A model generated the notes under the pieces. It was not told where the DNA came from. It saw only the letters and a list, made by a program, of their open reading frames with translations, and did no database searches. From assembly GCA_965249485.1 (NCBI GenBank), contig OZ252239.1:1632001-1696000 (forward strand): 64,000 bases of DNA. The letters are read 5' to 3'. Source of the stretch: a bacterium. GTDB lineage: Bacteria > SM23-31. Made by a program: the position numbers and the translations under genes. Of the stretch, positions 53,464 to 63,777 are shown piece by piece (positions within the stretch are counted from its first letter, which is position 1; each line of letters starts with the position of its first letter).

Positions 53464-53776
53464 GTTTCATGAACAATTCGACAGCTTTATGTAAGGTTAC
53501 ACATTTTCTTGTTCCCGCACTTCAAAATTTTTTTGTATGGATTAATCAGCGGTATTTATCTTTGTACCTGCTTGATTGCTTAAAAAGTAACGGGAAAATT
53601 AGTTTTGTTGTTACTATACCGAATCCAATTACGCAAATCTTTTTTACAAATTGTATCAAGCGGTTGAATACATTCAAACATTTTTTCAAATGATCATGAA
53701 TCATAACTTCACAATTATAAAATGGTATTCTGGATTCTCTATATGTCCTTAAAGCATTTGTACCCGGATTATTCTA

Positions 53777-54616
53777 TCAACTTCCAGTTCTTCTAAAGGG
53801 TGTTTTAATTCTTTCTTCAATCCAATTGCGGTTTATCTTTATTCCGTATTGATCGTGTCGCATTATTGTACCCTTAAAATCATACGTTAATGCTTCCTTG
53901 TAGTACTGTAAAGCAATTTCTCTGTTGCCATTTAAATCTTCCAGATGCCCCATCCAAATTAAAGCTACTATAAGATTGGTATTGGATGGATTAATTTCAG
54001 GTAAAGATTCGAAAACCTCGAACGATTCTTCATAATATGCTCCGTCAAATAAAATCAATCCTAATTTGAGCACCAGATTTATTGCCATATTTTGAGGTCT
54101 TAATCTTTTCACTGTTTGATAGGCTATTAAGGCGTCTTCTCCGGCACCCGTCCACGGTAGTTCATATATAGTTTGCATGTATTCGTCAGGCGGAAGGATA
54201 GTTATTTCTTCGTAGCGCGCTTTCTCTAAACGTTCTTTGAAATCTTCAGGGGGCGGACCATAACCGGATATTCGGTTTTTTTCAGTACCGTCTGCATTTG
54301 CTATAAGAACGGTAGGCGTGCTAAACACATAATAATCTTTGTGTAGTTTTCTACCGGTATCTTCATTTAACGATGCGTGATAGGAAATGTAATTTTCAGT
54401 TAGATAGGGGTGAAATTTTTTGTTATCAAAGAATTGCTCTCCGAGCAATATACATCCTCCTCAACCATCGGAGAAAAAATCGATAAGAATAAGCTTGTCC
54501 TCTTTCTGCGCCTGTGCTTTAGCTTCTTCGAATGAACCTTGAAACCAGACCGACTCCTGACCATATACAACGTGTGCACATAGAAGCATTACTATGAAGG
54601 CTACAGTACGTTTCAT
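53777..54616 (-). CDS. Secreted thioredoxin-like/TPR selenoprotein (UGGC)
   Basis: RBS AAGGAG; signal peptide; SFEEAKAQAQKEDKLILIDFFSDG-U-GGC, in frame with ORF 53777-54448 (TPT cis-Pro, TPR helices). Confidence 0.85.
54433..54449 (-). promoter_or_regulatory. Putative bacterial SECIS hairpin
   Basis: ATTGCTC-GGA-GAGCAAT, a perfect 7-bp stem starting 11 nt after the TGA at 54461-54463. Confidence 0.75.
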
Positions 54617-54890
54617 ATCAAACTCCTTTTTATAGCTATTCGATTATTTCCCCATATGCTGCGTCCACCGTATTTAAATAAACTCATACAATGCATAATC
54701 CTTAAATGGCATTATGTATACCTGAATAATATAGTAATATCTGATAATCCACAAGAATTATTGCTACTTAGGCGTGTAATACAGGAGTTTGTCTGTCGGA
54801 CTTCCAGCCGTCCAAAAGTATGCGATACAATCAATGAATTCTGTTACGAACAGGCACTGGATTAGTTCATGATTTTCGTCGAAGGAGTTA

Positions 54891-56533
54891 CTACTGGTTT
54901 AATGCTGCTCGGTATCTTCTAAGTTTATTTTGGAAATCCGGATAGACATATCCATAGTTTTCTTCAGATAAATCGATAGCTTTCCCTAATAATTCAATTG
55001 ACCGCTCAATTTCACCGTTCTTGAATGCCAGGTCGGCATAGACCCCGACTATAAATGGTTCTTTGTGAACTGAAAAGTCAATGACTTCAGCAGCCCATGT
55101 AAGTGCTTCCTGTATTTGTGCGTCAAAATTATTGCATGCAAACATTAGAGTTTTTATGACCTGGTACTTTTCGGAACCGCTGTTAAATAATTCATCAATC
55201 AATAATTCACCTTCTTCTGTATTGCCTGCTTTAATTTTAAGTATGGCTATTTCTGCTTTGCGAAACATAGAAATATTTTCATAACTCTCAGACATTAACT
55301 CCTTGTAACCATCGTTTTCCTCAGCATCAAACCATTTATCATATACTTCAAAAGCTTTTGTAAAATCTCCATTTTTGGCAAGTAAATATCCATGAGCTCC
55401 CCAAATATTAGAATTGTTTCCTCCTGAAAGCTTTACTCCTTTTTCTGTCCATCTGAGGGCATCTCCTATGCCCACATTATTGTAGAATGATGTATATCCG
55501 TTAATGGCAAGAAGATTGACAGAAATTTCTATTTTATCTTCCGGGCCTAATTCTTTATTATTGATAGTATCAATAAAATTAATATGTTTACTATAGTCTA
55601 ATATATTTTGATTGATTTCATCCATGTATTTTTTTCCATTGACGGCATCTCCCTTCTTATAGTAGCTGGTCGAAATCAGAAAGCGGGCTATCTCCGTATC
55701 TCCCCATTCCCCGCTCAGTGAAATATAGGATAAATCTTTCCGAATTTGTTTGAGGTAAAATAGCGCGTCATCGTATTCGTCATTTTTAAACTTTAATTCA
55801 CCCAGCCTGCCAAGCGCTATATCAATTTTCTGAGTGAATACCTTCTCATTGATGCCTCTTTCAAGGATTTCGATTGCTTTGTCACTCTGACCTATCTTGC
55901 TGTAACTCTTCCCTAGGTTAAAATAAACAACTTCACGTTTCACAGGATCGTCGAATACGTCAACAAGTTTTTCCAATACAGGAATTACAATCTTATAGTC
56001 ATTGGCATCCACTAATATTTTAGCGTATTGATATGCAGTCTCACTATTGTCCGGATCAGCCTTATACCGGTCGGTAAGACTCAAAAAAGAGGATTCCACA
56101 GAAACACTTTCTTTTAACTTTTTTAAATATGAATCTGCGGAATCATATCCGACAATTTTATCGATAACTGTGCCTTCATTTTTAATAAGCACCATTGTAG
56201 GAATTGCCATTATATTATACTTATTGGATAATTCCCTATTTAAATCCCCACTCCAAACCAGTAGGGGATAAAGTTGTCTTCGACAAACTCAATGACGTTT
56301 TTATCGGGAAACACATCACGCTGGAGCCGTTTACAGGGCGGACAAAATGCACCGGTAAAATAGAGCATGCCAGATTTGTTTTCTGATTTGATTGCAGTCA
56401 ATATTTTGTCAAGACTCTCAGCATCGTGGTTGAAGGCGATAGTGGGAGTTTCCTGAGCAACTGTAGTATTTGGAATGAACAGAATCTGGAGTTGACAAAT
56501 AAAAAGTAGAAACAAACATTTCATCCATTTCAT
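54891..56533 (-). CDS. Secreted thioredoxin (CPPC) + TPR protein, frameshift near 56248
   Basis: YFTGAFCPPCK in ORF 56240-56533; one extra G in the G-run joins it to YNIMAIPT..GY and the TPR repeats of ORF 54891-56210. Confidence 0.8.
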
Positions 56534-56574
56534 AGTGTACTCTTTCGTTTTTATGAGAATGTATGACAGAAAAT

Positions 56575-58227
56575 TTAATTATCAATCATAATTTTCTTAC
56601 TCGACGTGACTTTATTTTGGTCTGACACGTCCGAAACGGTTACCGATAGTGTATAGGGGCCATTTCTAAGGCTGCTCATATCGAATAGAATTGCTTCCTT
56701 TATGGTGTTGCTATCTGTAATCCGGGTATCGGTTCGACCTATGGAGTATTTATTTCTTCGTGTCAGGAAATCGAAGAACTTGCTAACAAGTTTTTCCCGG
56801 CTCTCATCCCAGTCGACTGATATTTCCAGTGTATATTCTTTTGAACTGCCGTCATCAACAATATTATACACTTCGAAATAGAGTAGCACCGGTTCCGATT
56901 TATGTATTTCAGGAAACGGATAGGGTGCAGCATAAAAACCGCCTTTGACGGAAGAAGGCAATACGATTCTCTGGTCAGTCGTCGTCACTTCCTTGAAAAG
57001 TTGGATGTCACTTATCATCAATTCCGTTCTTTGAAAACTTCTGATATCGACAATATTCTTGGAGTAACCGAGATGTCCTGTTGTGTTATTCTTGATCTGG
57101 AGTGTTAATTCTCCGAGTAACGGCGGTGCTATAAGCGTAATCGCATTGACTGCGTAGTCCAATCCCTCACGTGCCGCAGATTGTAGAGGAAATGAGCGTT
57201 GAGATGATGATCCGATAACAGGATTATAATCAATATCTCGTAACAATTCACTATACTGTATACTGAGTGTATCAGTAGATGTCGAGCTGACATCGCCGTG
57301 AATATCTTCGATTGGCACAAGATACGATGTTTCAATTCTTGTAGATCCTCCCGGACCTCTGAATTGGGACACATCGTCAATAAAATGGAGACTCCTTTCT
57401 TCAGGTTCAGGGTCTTCTATTGAGAGTGGAGCATTAACTTTTGCAATAGCTTCTCTGCCCTGCGTGATTGACATTCCTTTTATCAATGCTGCATCAAAAC
57501 CTAATCTACCATCATCTATATCACTCTGTACATCAACATAGAGTCCGGTTAAGTGAGAGGTATAAAAAAACATTTTATTAAGATAATTCCACCACATCAA
57601 ACGTTTTCCAGAAGCTCTTTTGTTTGCAAGTTGGCCGGGATACCTCACTTGTTCAAATGTCGACATCTCCTTCTCAAAATAGATTACGAAGTCATTTACT
57701 ATATGTTCATACGACCACATTTCAATGGCATTTTCAGTAACATATTCTTGACCGAACGGATCACCCCCCCTTTCAGGTCTTGTTTCTCCTCTTCGACCAT
57801 ACTTTGATTTCGGTTCACCGTATTTGAGGTAATATCCTCCCCGATCGTCAAAATAGGGTGGGCGATCATGCGAAAAATACTTTTTGGTGTAGTTCTGACG
57901 TTCAATAAAACTTTTCAGCCACCAGTTTTCAGCATCGAGTGGATTGGGATTTTCTCTGTTCCAGTAAAGCCCGATATATTCTTTCATTGCATCTATTGAC
58001 TGAAGTGATTTATAATATTCAATTTGAAATTCATTGAGGAGTGTGAGGAACGGGTATTCAAAATCATGAATAAAAGATGTGCTGTCTGCGTCGGCAAGTA
58101 CATTGAAGTAGTCTGATACGGACGCTATCGAATCAGGATATGTTTCTTGAGCATACAGGCGCAGGTTTGCAAAAACAGCGATCAGGAGAAGGGCAAAAAA
58201 TACTATCAAATTCTTTGGAAGCATCAT
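56575..58227 (-). CDS. GWxTD-domain secreted/outer-membrane-associated protein
   Basis: Signal peptide; YW..NP.P..EN..F.ER..Y..F..DDRG.YY.KYGEP..E.WSY; C-terminal LYFEVYN and G.Y.L.V.V.D. Confidence 0.75.
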   Translation of the reverse strand: MMLPKNLIVFFALLLIAVFANLRLYAQETYPDSIASVSDYFNVLADADSTSFIHDFEYPFLTLLNEFQIEYYKSLQSIDAMKEYIGLYWNRENPNPLDAENWWLKSFIERQNYTKKYFSHDRPPYFDDRGGYYLKYGEPKSKYGRRGETRPERGGDPFGQEYVTENAIEMWSYEHIVNDFVIYFEKEMSTFEQVRYPGQLANKRASGKRLMWWNYLNKMFFYTSHLTGLYVDVQSDIDDGRLGFDAALIKGMSITQGREAIAKVNAPLSIEDPEPEERSLHFIDDVSQFRGPGGSTRIETSYLVPIEDIHGDVSSTSTDTLSIQYSELLRDIDYNPVIGSSSQRSFPLQSAAREGLDYAVNAITLIAPPLLGELTLQIKNNTTGHLGYSKNIVDIRSFQRTELMISDIQLFKEVTTTDQRIVLPSSVKGGFYAAPYPFPEIHKSEPVLLYFEVYNIVDDGSSKEYTLEISVDWDESREKLVSKFFDFLTRRNKYSIGRTDTRITDSNTIKEAILFDMSSLRNGPYTLSVTVSDVSDQNKVTSSKKIMIDN

Positions 58228-58509
58228 AGCTTACTCGCGAATTGATATTACTTACTATACAAAACACAATGATTTTTATTTCAAATTATTTTTTTATTGG
58301 CTATAGAGGATTTGAGCATATCATTGATAGTAAGTTTTATAATATGTACTCATTTCTATCAAGTAATTAAATATTCCGGCAGGATAAAATATATGACTTT
58401 TTACGGAGCGTGTGTTACGTTGTGTGATCTATTGAGCACAATATAGTAATTAATAGTAAAGAGATTCCTTCTTAAAAATAATCAATTCAATTATATGTCT
58501 CCTCTATTA

Positions 58510-58666
58510 TGTATTAATACTAAATAATACAATATCCAAAAACAATAATTTCTTAGTATATATTTAACTCATTATATAATAATGAGATACAACTATTTTT
58601 AAAAGATGCAATAATTTTCTTGCATTAATACAAAACACAATTTATATTGTTATGTATTAATACATA
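58510..58666. promoter_or_regulatory. YtrA/GntR operator palindromes
   Basis: TGTATTAATACTAAATAATACA at 58510-58531 and perfect palindrome TATGTATTAATACATA at 58651-58666. Confidence 0.65.
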
Positions 58667-58679
58667 GAGGAATATATCA

Positions 58680-59042
58680 ATGATTAAAATAAATTTTAAT
58701 TCTCCTGATCCAATATATAAGCAACTTGTGCATGAAATAAAAAATCTCATTGAATCGAATGAGCTTAAGGAGGGAGATTCATTACCAACTATTCGAAGTC
58801 TTGCTTCTCAGATTGACATCGCTATAAATACTGTTGCGAGAGCATATAAAGAACTTGAAGGTCTAAATCTTATTGAAAGCAACGGCCGAAGGGGCAGTTA
58901 TGTGAAGAGAAAACACTTGAATAACACAGGAGATGATGTGAAAATATTTAAAAAATCTATCCTTGAACTGCTTCAAAAAGGGAACGATAAGAAGGATATT
59001 GAGCAAATATTCAGGGATAATTTAAACTACTTTTTTGAATAG
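58680..59042 (+). CDS. GntR family regulator (YtrA subfamily)
   Basis: PIYKQL, GDSLPTIRSLA, NTVARAY.ELE; short C-terminus. Confidence 0.92.
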   Translation: MIKINFNSPDPIYKQLVHEIKNLIESNELKEGDSLPTIRSLASQIDIAINTVARAYKELEGLNLIESNGRRGSYVKRKHLNNTGDDVKIFKKSILELLQKGNDKKDIEQIFRDNLNYFFE

Positions 59043-59050
59043 GTGGAATA

Positions 59051-59887
59051 ATGAATGAATTCATCGCACAGAACAAAGATTTCATTTTCTTCGCAATGAG
59101 AATGAATTTTACCGTTGTGATAGCTTATCTTGTAACTGTTTTTTATGAGGTCAGTTTAAAGAGATTGGAGAAAAAAGGGTATTCATCAGAGTTAGCACAC
59201 ATTACCAGAAAATTCTGGACGAAAGGGGGTTACAAACTTTTTATTGTTTTCATGAGCTTACAAATCTTCTGGACGGTGCTTCTAAGTATGTATGTAAATC
59301 AGTCGTTGTATGATATCTATTTAAGATATACAGTTTTCCTTTCTCTTGCACCTGCCTATTCTGTGTACAGTCTCACAAAAAAAAAATTTCATAAACAGGC
59401 GAAGGAAATCATGTTGCGTACAAATACAGAGGTAATAGTAGACTTCAATTATGAAACCTTGAAATATGTACTCAACTGGAAACTGGAACTAGCTTCTACT
59501 ATAATATTTGTATATTACGCATGTTTTTATTTTAATTTTCATACGATTTTTTTCCTCATGGCATTTGTATTTTGGCTCGTTTATTTCATTACAAAAAAGG
59601 GCAAATATTATACAAAGGCATCTTTTAACGATATCTACACAAGAAACACGCTTGCACTCATCGCATTACATATATACAGATTAATCTTTTTTGGAGCACA
59701 ATACAAAGAAATGGTAATTTCAGATAATTATTTTTGGTATGAAGTAATACTGTTTGCTCTGTCTCTGGGTGTTATTATGACGCACTTAATTGTTTCAATA
59801 AGAAATTATCCAAGACTTAAAGAAAGGTTAAACGATATCTATGATGATAAAACGAATAACTCTATTGTAACTATTGAAAAAGCATAG
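59051..59887 (+). CDS. Integral membrane protein
   Basis: About 6-7 hydrophobic segments; RBS; directly follows gntR. Confidence 0.7.
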   Translation: MNEFIAQNKDFIFFAMRMNFTVVIAYLVTVFYEVSLKRLEKKGYSSELAHITRKFWTKGGYKLFIVFMSLQIFWTVLLSMYVNQSLYDIYLRYTVFLSLAPAYSVYSLTKKKFHKQAKEIMLRTNTEVIVDFNYETLKYVLNWKLELASTIIFVYYACFYFNFHTIFFLMAFVFWLVYFITKKGKYYTKASFNDIYTRNTLALIALHIYRLIFFGAQYKEMVISDNYFWYEVILFALSLGVIMTHLIVSIRNYPRLKERLNDIYDDKTNNSIVTIEKA

Positions 59888-59964
59888 TTCGTCTTAATAT
59901 GTAATTGAAGATTTTAAATCGGATTGTGTGCAGCGATTTTTGTGGGTATCAGCACAATTAAGCT

Positions 59965-60249
59965 TTAAATCGTATCATGTGTTTTCAATGTAACAGAATC
60001 TGCTATCATCCCGTATGTACATTGAGTGCCTTTCATTTTTTTGTGAGTACCGGTAACCATTGCATACTTGTTCTTATATGGTTTATAGAATAATTCATCT
60101 ATACACATTTGGAAATCGGGACATTCCGGTGTAACGACAACACATATCTTATCCTCAACATTTCTCAATAAGAAATGCCTGAAATCTACATCATCAATAA
60201 TAACACCAAGCTCGAATGAGGATATTACTTCACCTTCAACGTTTATCAT
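59965..60249 (-). CDS. Small hypothetical protein, paralog 1 (possibly OB-fold)
   Basis: Near-duplicate of 61223-61504 (ISSFELG.IIDDVDFRHF..ICVVVTPECPDFQMCIDE.FYKPY). Confidence 0.65.
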   Translation of the reverse strand: MINVEGEVISSFELGVIIDDVDFRHFLLRNVEDKICVVVTPECPDFQMCIDELFYKPYKNKYAMVTGTHKKMKGTQCTYGMIADSVTLKTHDTI

Positions 60250-60619
60250 GCTCTTTTCAGTTTCCATACATGAAATTCCCGATATTTCTTATTCGTATCA
60301 TTTCTTCTTCGGACAGAGGTCCGGTGGTCAGGGTAGTCATTGCTCACATTGACGGGATACGCATGTGTTGTTTCTGTCATTGTCAAATCCCCCATGTTAG
60401 GTTGCAATGAATTACCTGGTTTTAATATCAAAAATAACTATGGCAATTACAAGATTAATATCCGGTCTCAAATGTTTTTTCCGCAGCCATAAGCCGCCTA
60501 TCCCGACCCAGATCAAGCTTTAGGATGCCGGAACAGAGCAAAACCAGGAACCGGGAGTCTGTGCAGATCAGGCACAGAGACAGTCACCTGCAAATACCGG
60601 TGCTGCTGATGCAATTACC

Positions 60620-61005
60620 GTGGTTAGATTAATATCGGACGGATTTACCTATCCTGCGGTAACTTCCGTTATCAAGGTAAGTGTTAATGCGCTTCCAACG
60701 ACGGTAGACGATGAGCCTGTTATTCCCGATGAATTTAATCTCAGGCAAAATTATCCTAATCCATTCAATCCGGAGACGAAGATAGAGTATGTTGTTCCAA
60801 CGACAACGAGCGTTAACATAACCATATACAATCTTCTCGGCAGGAAGTCAGAACGCTTGTGAACACCAGGTAAGCGGGCGGGTCTTATGACGTAATCTGG
60901 AACGGAAGAGACAATTCCGGACGTCAGGTCAGTTCCGGAATATATATTTATCGGTTCAAAGCTGATCAATTTATTGAATCAAAACGAATGGTATTAATTC
61001 GTTAA
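60620..61005 (+). pseudogene. Orphan C-terminal sorting domain (PNPFNP / FlgD-Ig) fragment
   Basis: PDEFNLRQNYPNPFNPETKI..IYNLLGRK; frameshifted continuation YDVIWNGRDNSGRQVSSGIYIY..KRMVLIR; no N-terminal part. Confidence 0.75.
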
Positions 61006-61030
61006 ATTATCTGTGACATACTCATACCTC

Positions 61031-61071
61031 AAAAGTGGGACATCATCTGATGTATTGATGTTCCACTTTTT
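61031..61071. terminator. Bidirectional intrinsic terminator
   Basis: AAAAGTGGGACATCA..TGATGTTCCACTTTTT. Confidence 0.75.
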
Positions 61072-61222
61072 ATAAGCAATTGAAAAGTAAACGTCACTAT
61101 TGTGATTCGTCATACTAAAGTTTTATGATACATCAACTAATATCTTCTTGAAGATTGGTATAGGGGATTTACTCTTAATAATTATTTTGATTATGAGGAT
61201 TGAGAGGAGAAATGGTCATGAA

Positions 61223-61504
61223 TTATAATGATTTGGTTTCAATACTCACGGAATCTGCCAATATGCCGGAAGTACACGTAACGCTCTTGAAATTTTTCTC
61301 TGAACCGGTAACTATTGCGTATTTGTTGATATATGGTTTATAGAATATTTCATCTATACACATTTGAAAATCGGGACATTCCGGTGTAACCACAACACAA
61401 ATTGTATCCTCACCATTCTTCAGAAAGAAATGTCTGAAATCAACGTCATCGATAATTATGCCAAGTTCGAATGAGGATATTATTTTACCTTCTACATTTA
61501 TCAT
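61223..61504 (-). CDS. Small hypothetical protein, paralog 2
   Basis: RBS AAGG; near-duplicate of 59965-60249. Confidence 0.7.
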   Translation of the reverse strand: MINVEGKIISSFELGIIIDDVDFRHFFLKNGEDTICVVVTPECPDFQMCIDEIFYKPYINKYAIVTGSEKNFKSVTCTSGILADSVSIETKSL

Positions 61505-61536
61505 ACATCGACCTTACAATATCCATTTTCACTGTA

Positions 61537-62148
61537 TTAAACAGGTTTCATTGAACTGCCAAAAAGTGCAAAGAAAATACCCATAATAATACCCTGGATT
61601 ATCCAACCAATAACACAGACACCGATAGTCCTAAATGTTCCGGAATAATCAAGAGCCTGCCGAACAGCAACCACCATTGCTGCCAACATCCACGTTGAAG
61701 CTACAAAAAATACAATTTCTGTTAAGCCCGGAATAATTCCAAAAACGCGAATCAAGCCCGGAGCACTTGAAAAACCAATAGTCCGGAGTAATTCACCGGG
61801 ATCAGCCTTAGTCTGAGGTTCAGGAAGCAATTTTGTCCCGATAAAATACGTAAGATATGCCCATACATACCAACCAATTAGAGCAGAAATAGTTCCTGAA
61901 ATAATTCCTCCGAATCCTGTCGTTGAAATAGAACCTATTCCGGCCGCAATGCTTGACAGGATGACAACCTTCATCGCCTGGCCCATTGCCCCCTTGTCGG
62001 CTTCGACCTCTTCATATAGATTGATGTCTAATTTAGCAGCACGCAATATTCTATTCATAAAATCAGTTATTATAACACTCCAATGTATGTCGTCAAACCA
62101 TTCGGGTAGTTGAAGTTTAAAATTAAGAGATATTTTTAGTTTTTCCAA
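61537..62148 (-). CDS. YIP1 family membrane protein
   Basis: RAAKLD..YEEVEAD..QA, ELLRTIGFSSAPG, VVAVRQALD; true start probably near xTDFMNRI. Confidence 0.8.
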   Translation of the reverse strand: MEKLKISLNFKLQLPEWFDDIHWSVIITDFMNRILRAAKLDINLYEEVEADKGAMGQAMKVVILSSIAAGIGSISTTGFGGIISGTISALIGWYVWAYLTYFIGTKLLPEPQTKADPGELLRTIGFSSAPGLIRVFGIIPGLTEIVFFVASTWMLAAMVVAVRQALDYSGTFRTIGVCVIGWIIQGIIMGIFFALFGSSMKPV

Positions 62149-62583
62149 GCGTTAATTATGTAATCTCTTTCGTAAGCCGTCTTTCCGGACAACTCTCCAC
62201 CAACACATACGTAAATAACATTTCAAACTTCATCTATCGATAAATGATGGTGTTCAATGATATGGAATTAGGAAAGAGAGCAAAGGTGAGATTTTATTTA
62301 TGTGAAGGTTCTATGGGTTATTCGATGTGCGAACCGTTTTCTTTACTATCTCAAAAGAATTTCCGATAATCAGCTTCCTTGTGGTCTTTCATTTCTCGCC
62401 CTATTTCCCATAATTCACACTAGTCATAGTATATGGTATTGAATGTAGTATCTATTCTGAAACAGTCACATACACCTTTTTGCAGTGCAAATTATTGCAC
62501 TATTATTCACAATCACATTAAAGGAAAAATGGTAAACTATTGTTTATTTATAAGTTACGATGTTGTAAAATCCCGATTTTTAC

Positions 62584-62599
62584 TGGAATAGATTTTGCT
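62584..62599 (+). promoter_or_regulatory. sigma54 promoter, copy 1 (palindromic UAS at 62484-62501)
   Basis: TGGAATAGATTTTGCT = GG-N10-GC. Confidence 0.75.
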
Positions 62600-62648
62600 C
62601 TAAAATAATTAATTACCTGAAGTTGGATATGTGTCCTAGGGGATTAAC

Positions 62649-63410
62649 ATGAACGTACGATCAATTCGAATTTTAATTTGTATTATCATGCTATTTGGTA
62701 TTTTTCTCTCTTCGTCTCTCGCACAGGATAAAATTTTTTCTATCAGCTTCAATAAAGAATTTGTGCATTATCAATTAAATGATTTTAAAAATCTTCTTAA
62801 TGATCCAAGTACTACGAATTTCAATTGGAGATTTCGTTCATTCAATATAGATAAATCAGCCGAGAGTGTTGGAATTAATGTTTAGTATAATTTTAGCAAG
62901 AAAATAGCAGTTTCACTAAATGTCATTGAAGAGATGAACGTATCAGCAATTAGTGAAAGTTCTCATCATGACGGGCAGCTTTCTAGACAAGATATCGGGT
63001 TTTTTACAGTTAAAGGAGATGAAAGCTGGAATTTTTCATTGACATCAATTGACCTAACAGTGCGTTATTACTTCTTTGACCGGAAAAGATTTTCTCCATA
63101 TATAGGAATTGGTCCTTCATTCAATATTAAAAAATTGAGTGAATCTGGAATATATGAACTTTTTGATAAATCTGAAACCGAAGAGATAAAGGATTTGGGG
63201 TTAGGTTTCAATGCTATACTAGGGTTTCAATTTGATATTTTTATGTCATTATTTATAGATTCACGTGTAAAAGCACGATATACTGATAATCTAAAACAAT
63301 TCGACCAATTCGCCCCCGGTAATATATCATTCCCTCTTCGTTATGTATCAAAAAATGGCATTGATTATTCAAGTTTTAACTATACTTTCGGATTAGGTGT
63401 GCGTTTGTAA
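62649..63410 (+). pseudogene. Outer-membrane beta-barrel (OmpW/OmpA-like) protein with in-frame TAG at 62883
   Basis: Signal peptide; ORFs 62649-62885 and 62934-63410 are in the same frame; RYYF..PYIGIG, GFNAILG, C-terminal FGLGVRL. Confidence 0.75.
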
Positions 63411-63680
63411 CAATCACCTATCCCCTCCGACCTTTATCTCACAGCACTTCAGCTTCATCCTGCCTTTTTGTATACTGTGCAGTAAAATCATGTATGAGAA
63501 CGCGATACTGAATAAAAATCATAGTATATGATATTGAAAGTAGTATCAATTCTGAGAAACAGACATATACACTTTTTTGCAGTGCAAATTATTGCACTAT
63601 TTTTCATAATAACATTGAGGAGAAAATGGTAAACTATTGTTTATTTAGTAGTTAGGATGTTGTAAAATCCCGATTTTTAC

Positions 63681-63696
63681 TGGAATAGTTTTTGCT
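63681..63696 (+). promoter_or_regulatory. sigma54 promoter, copy 2 (UAS at 63581-63598)
   Basis: TGGAATAGTTTTTGCT = GG-N10-GC. Confidence 0.75.
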
Positions 63697-63777
63697 CTAA
63701 TATAAGTAGTTCCCTGTAATGGGATATGATAGGGAGTTAGTATTGAATATACTTTTGCATTTGGGGGATCATTTTCA

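Larger units (their letters stand above)
62425..63728 (+). repeat. ~205-bp duplicated promoter module (62425-62631 and 63520-63728)
   Basis: High identity, including AGTGCAAATTATTGCACT and GATGTTGTAAAATCCCGATTTTTACTGGAATAG. Confidence 0.9.
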
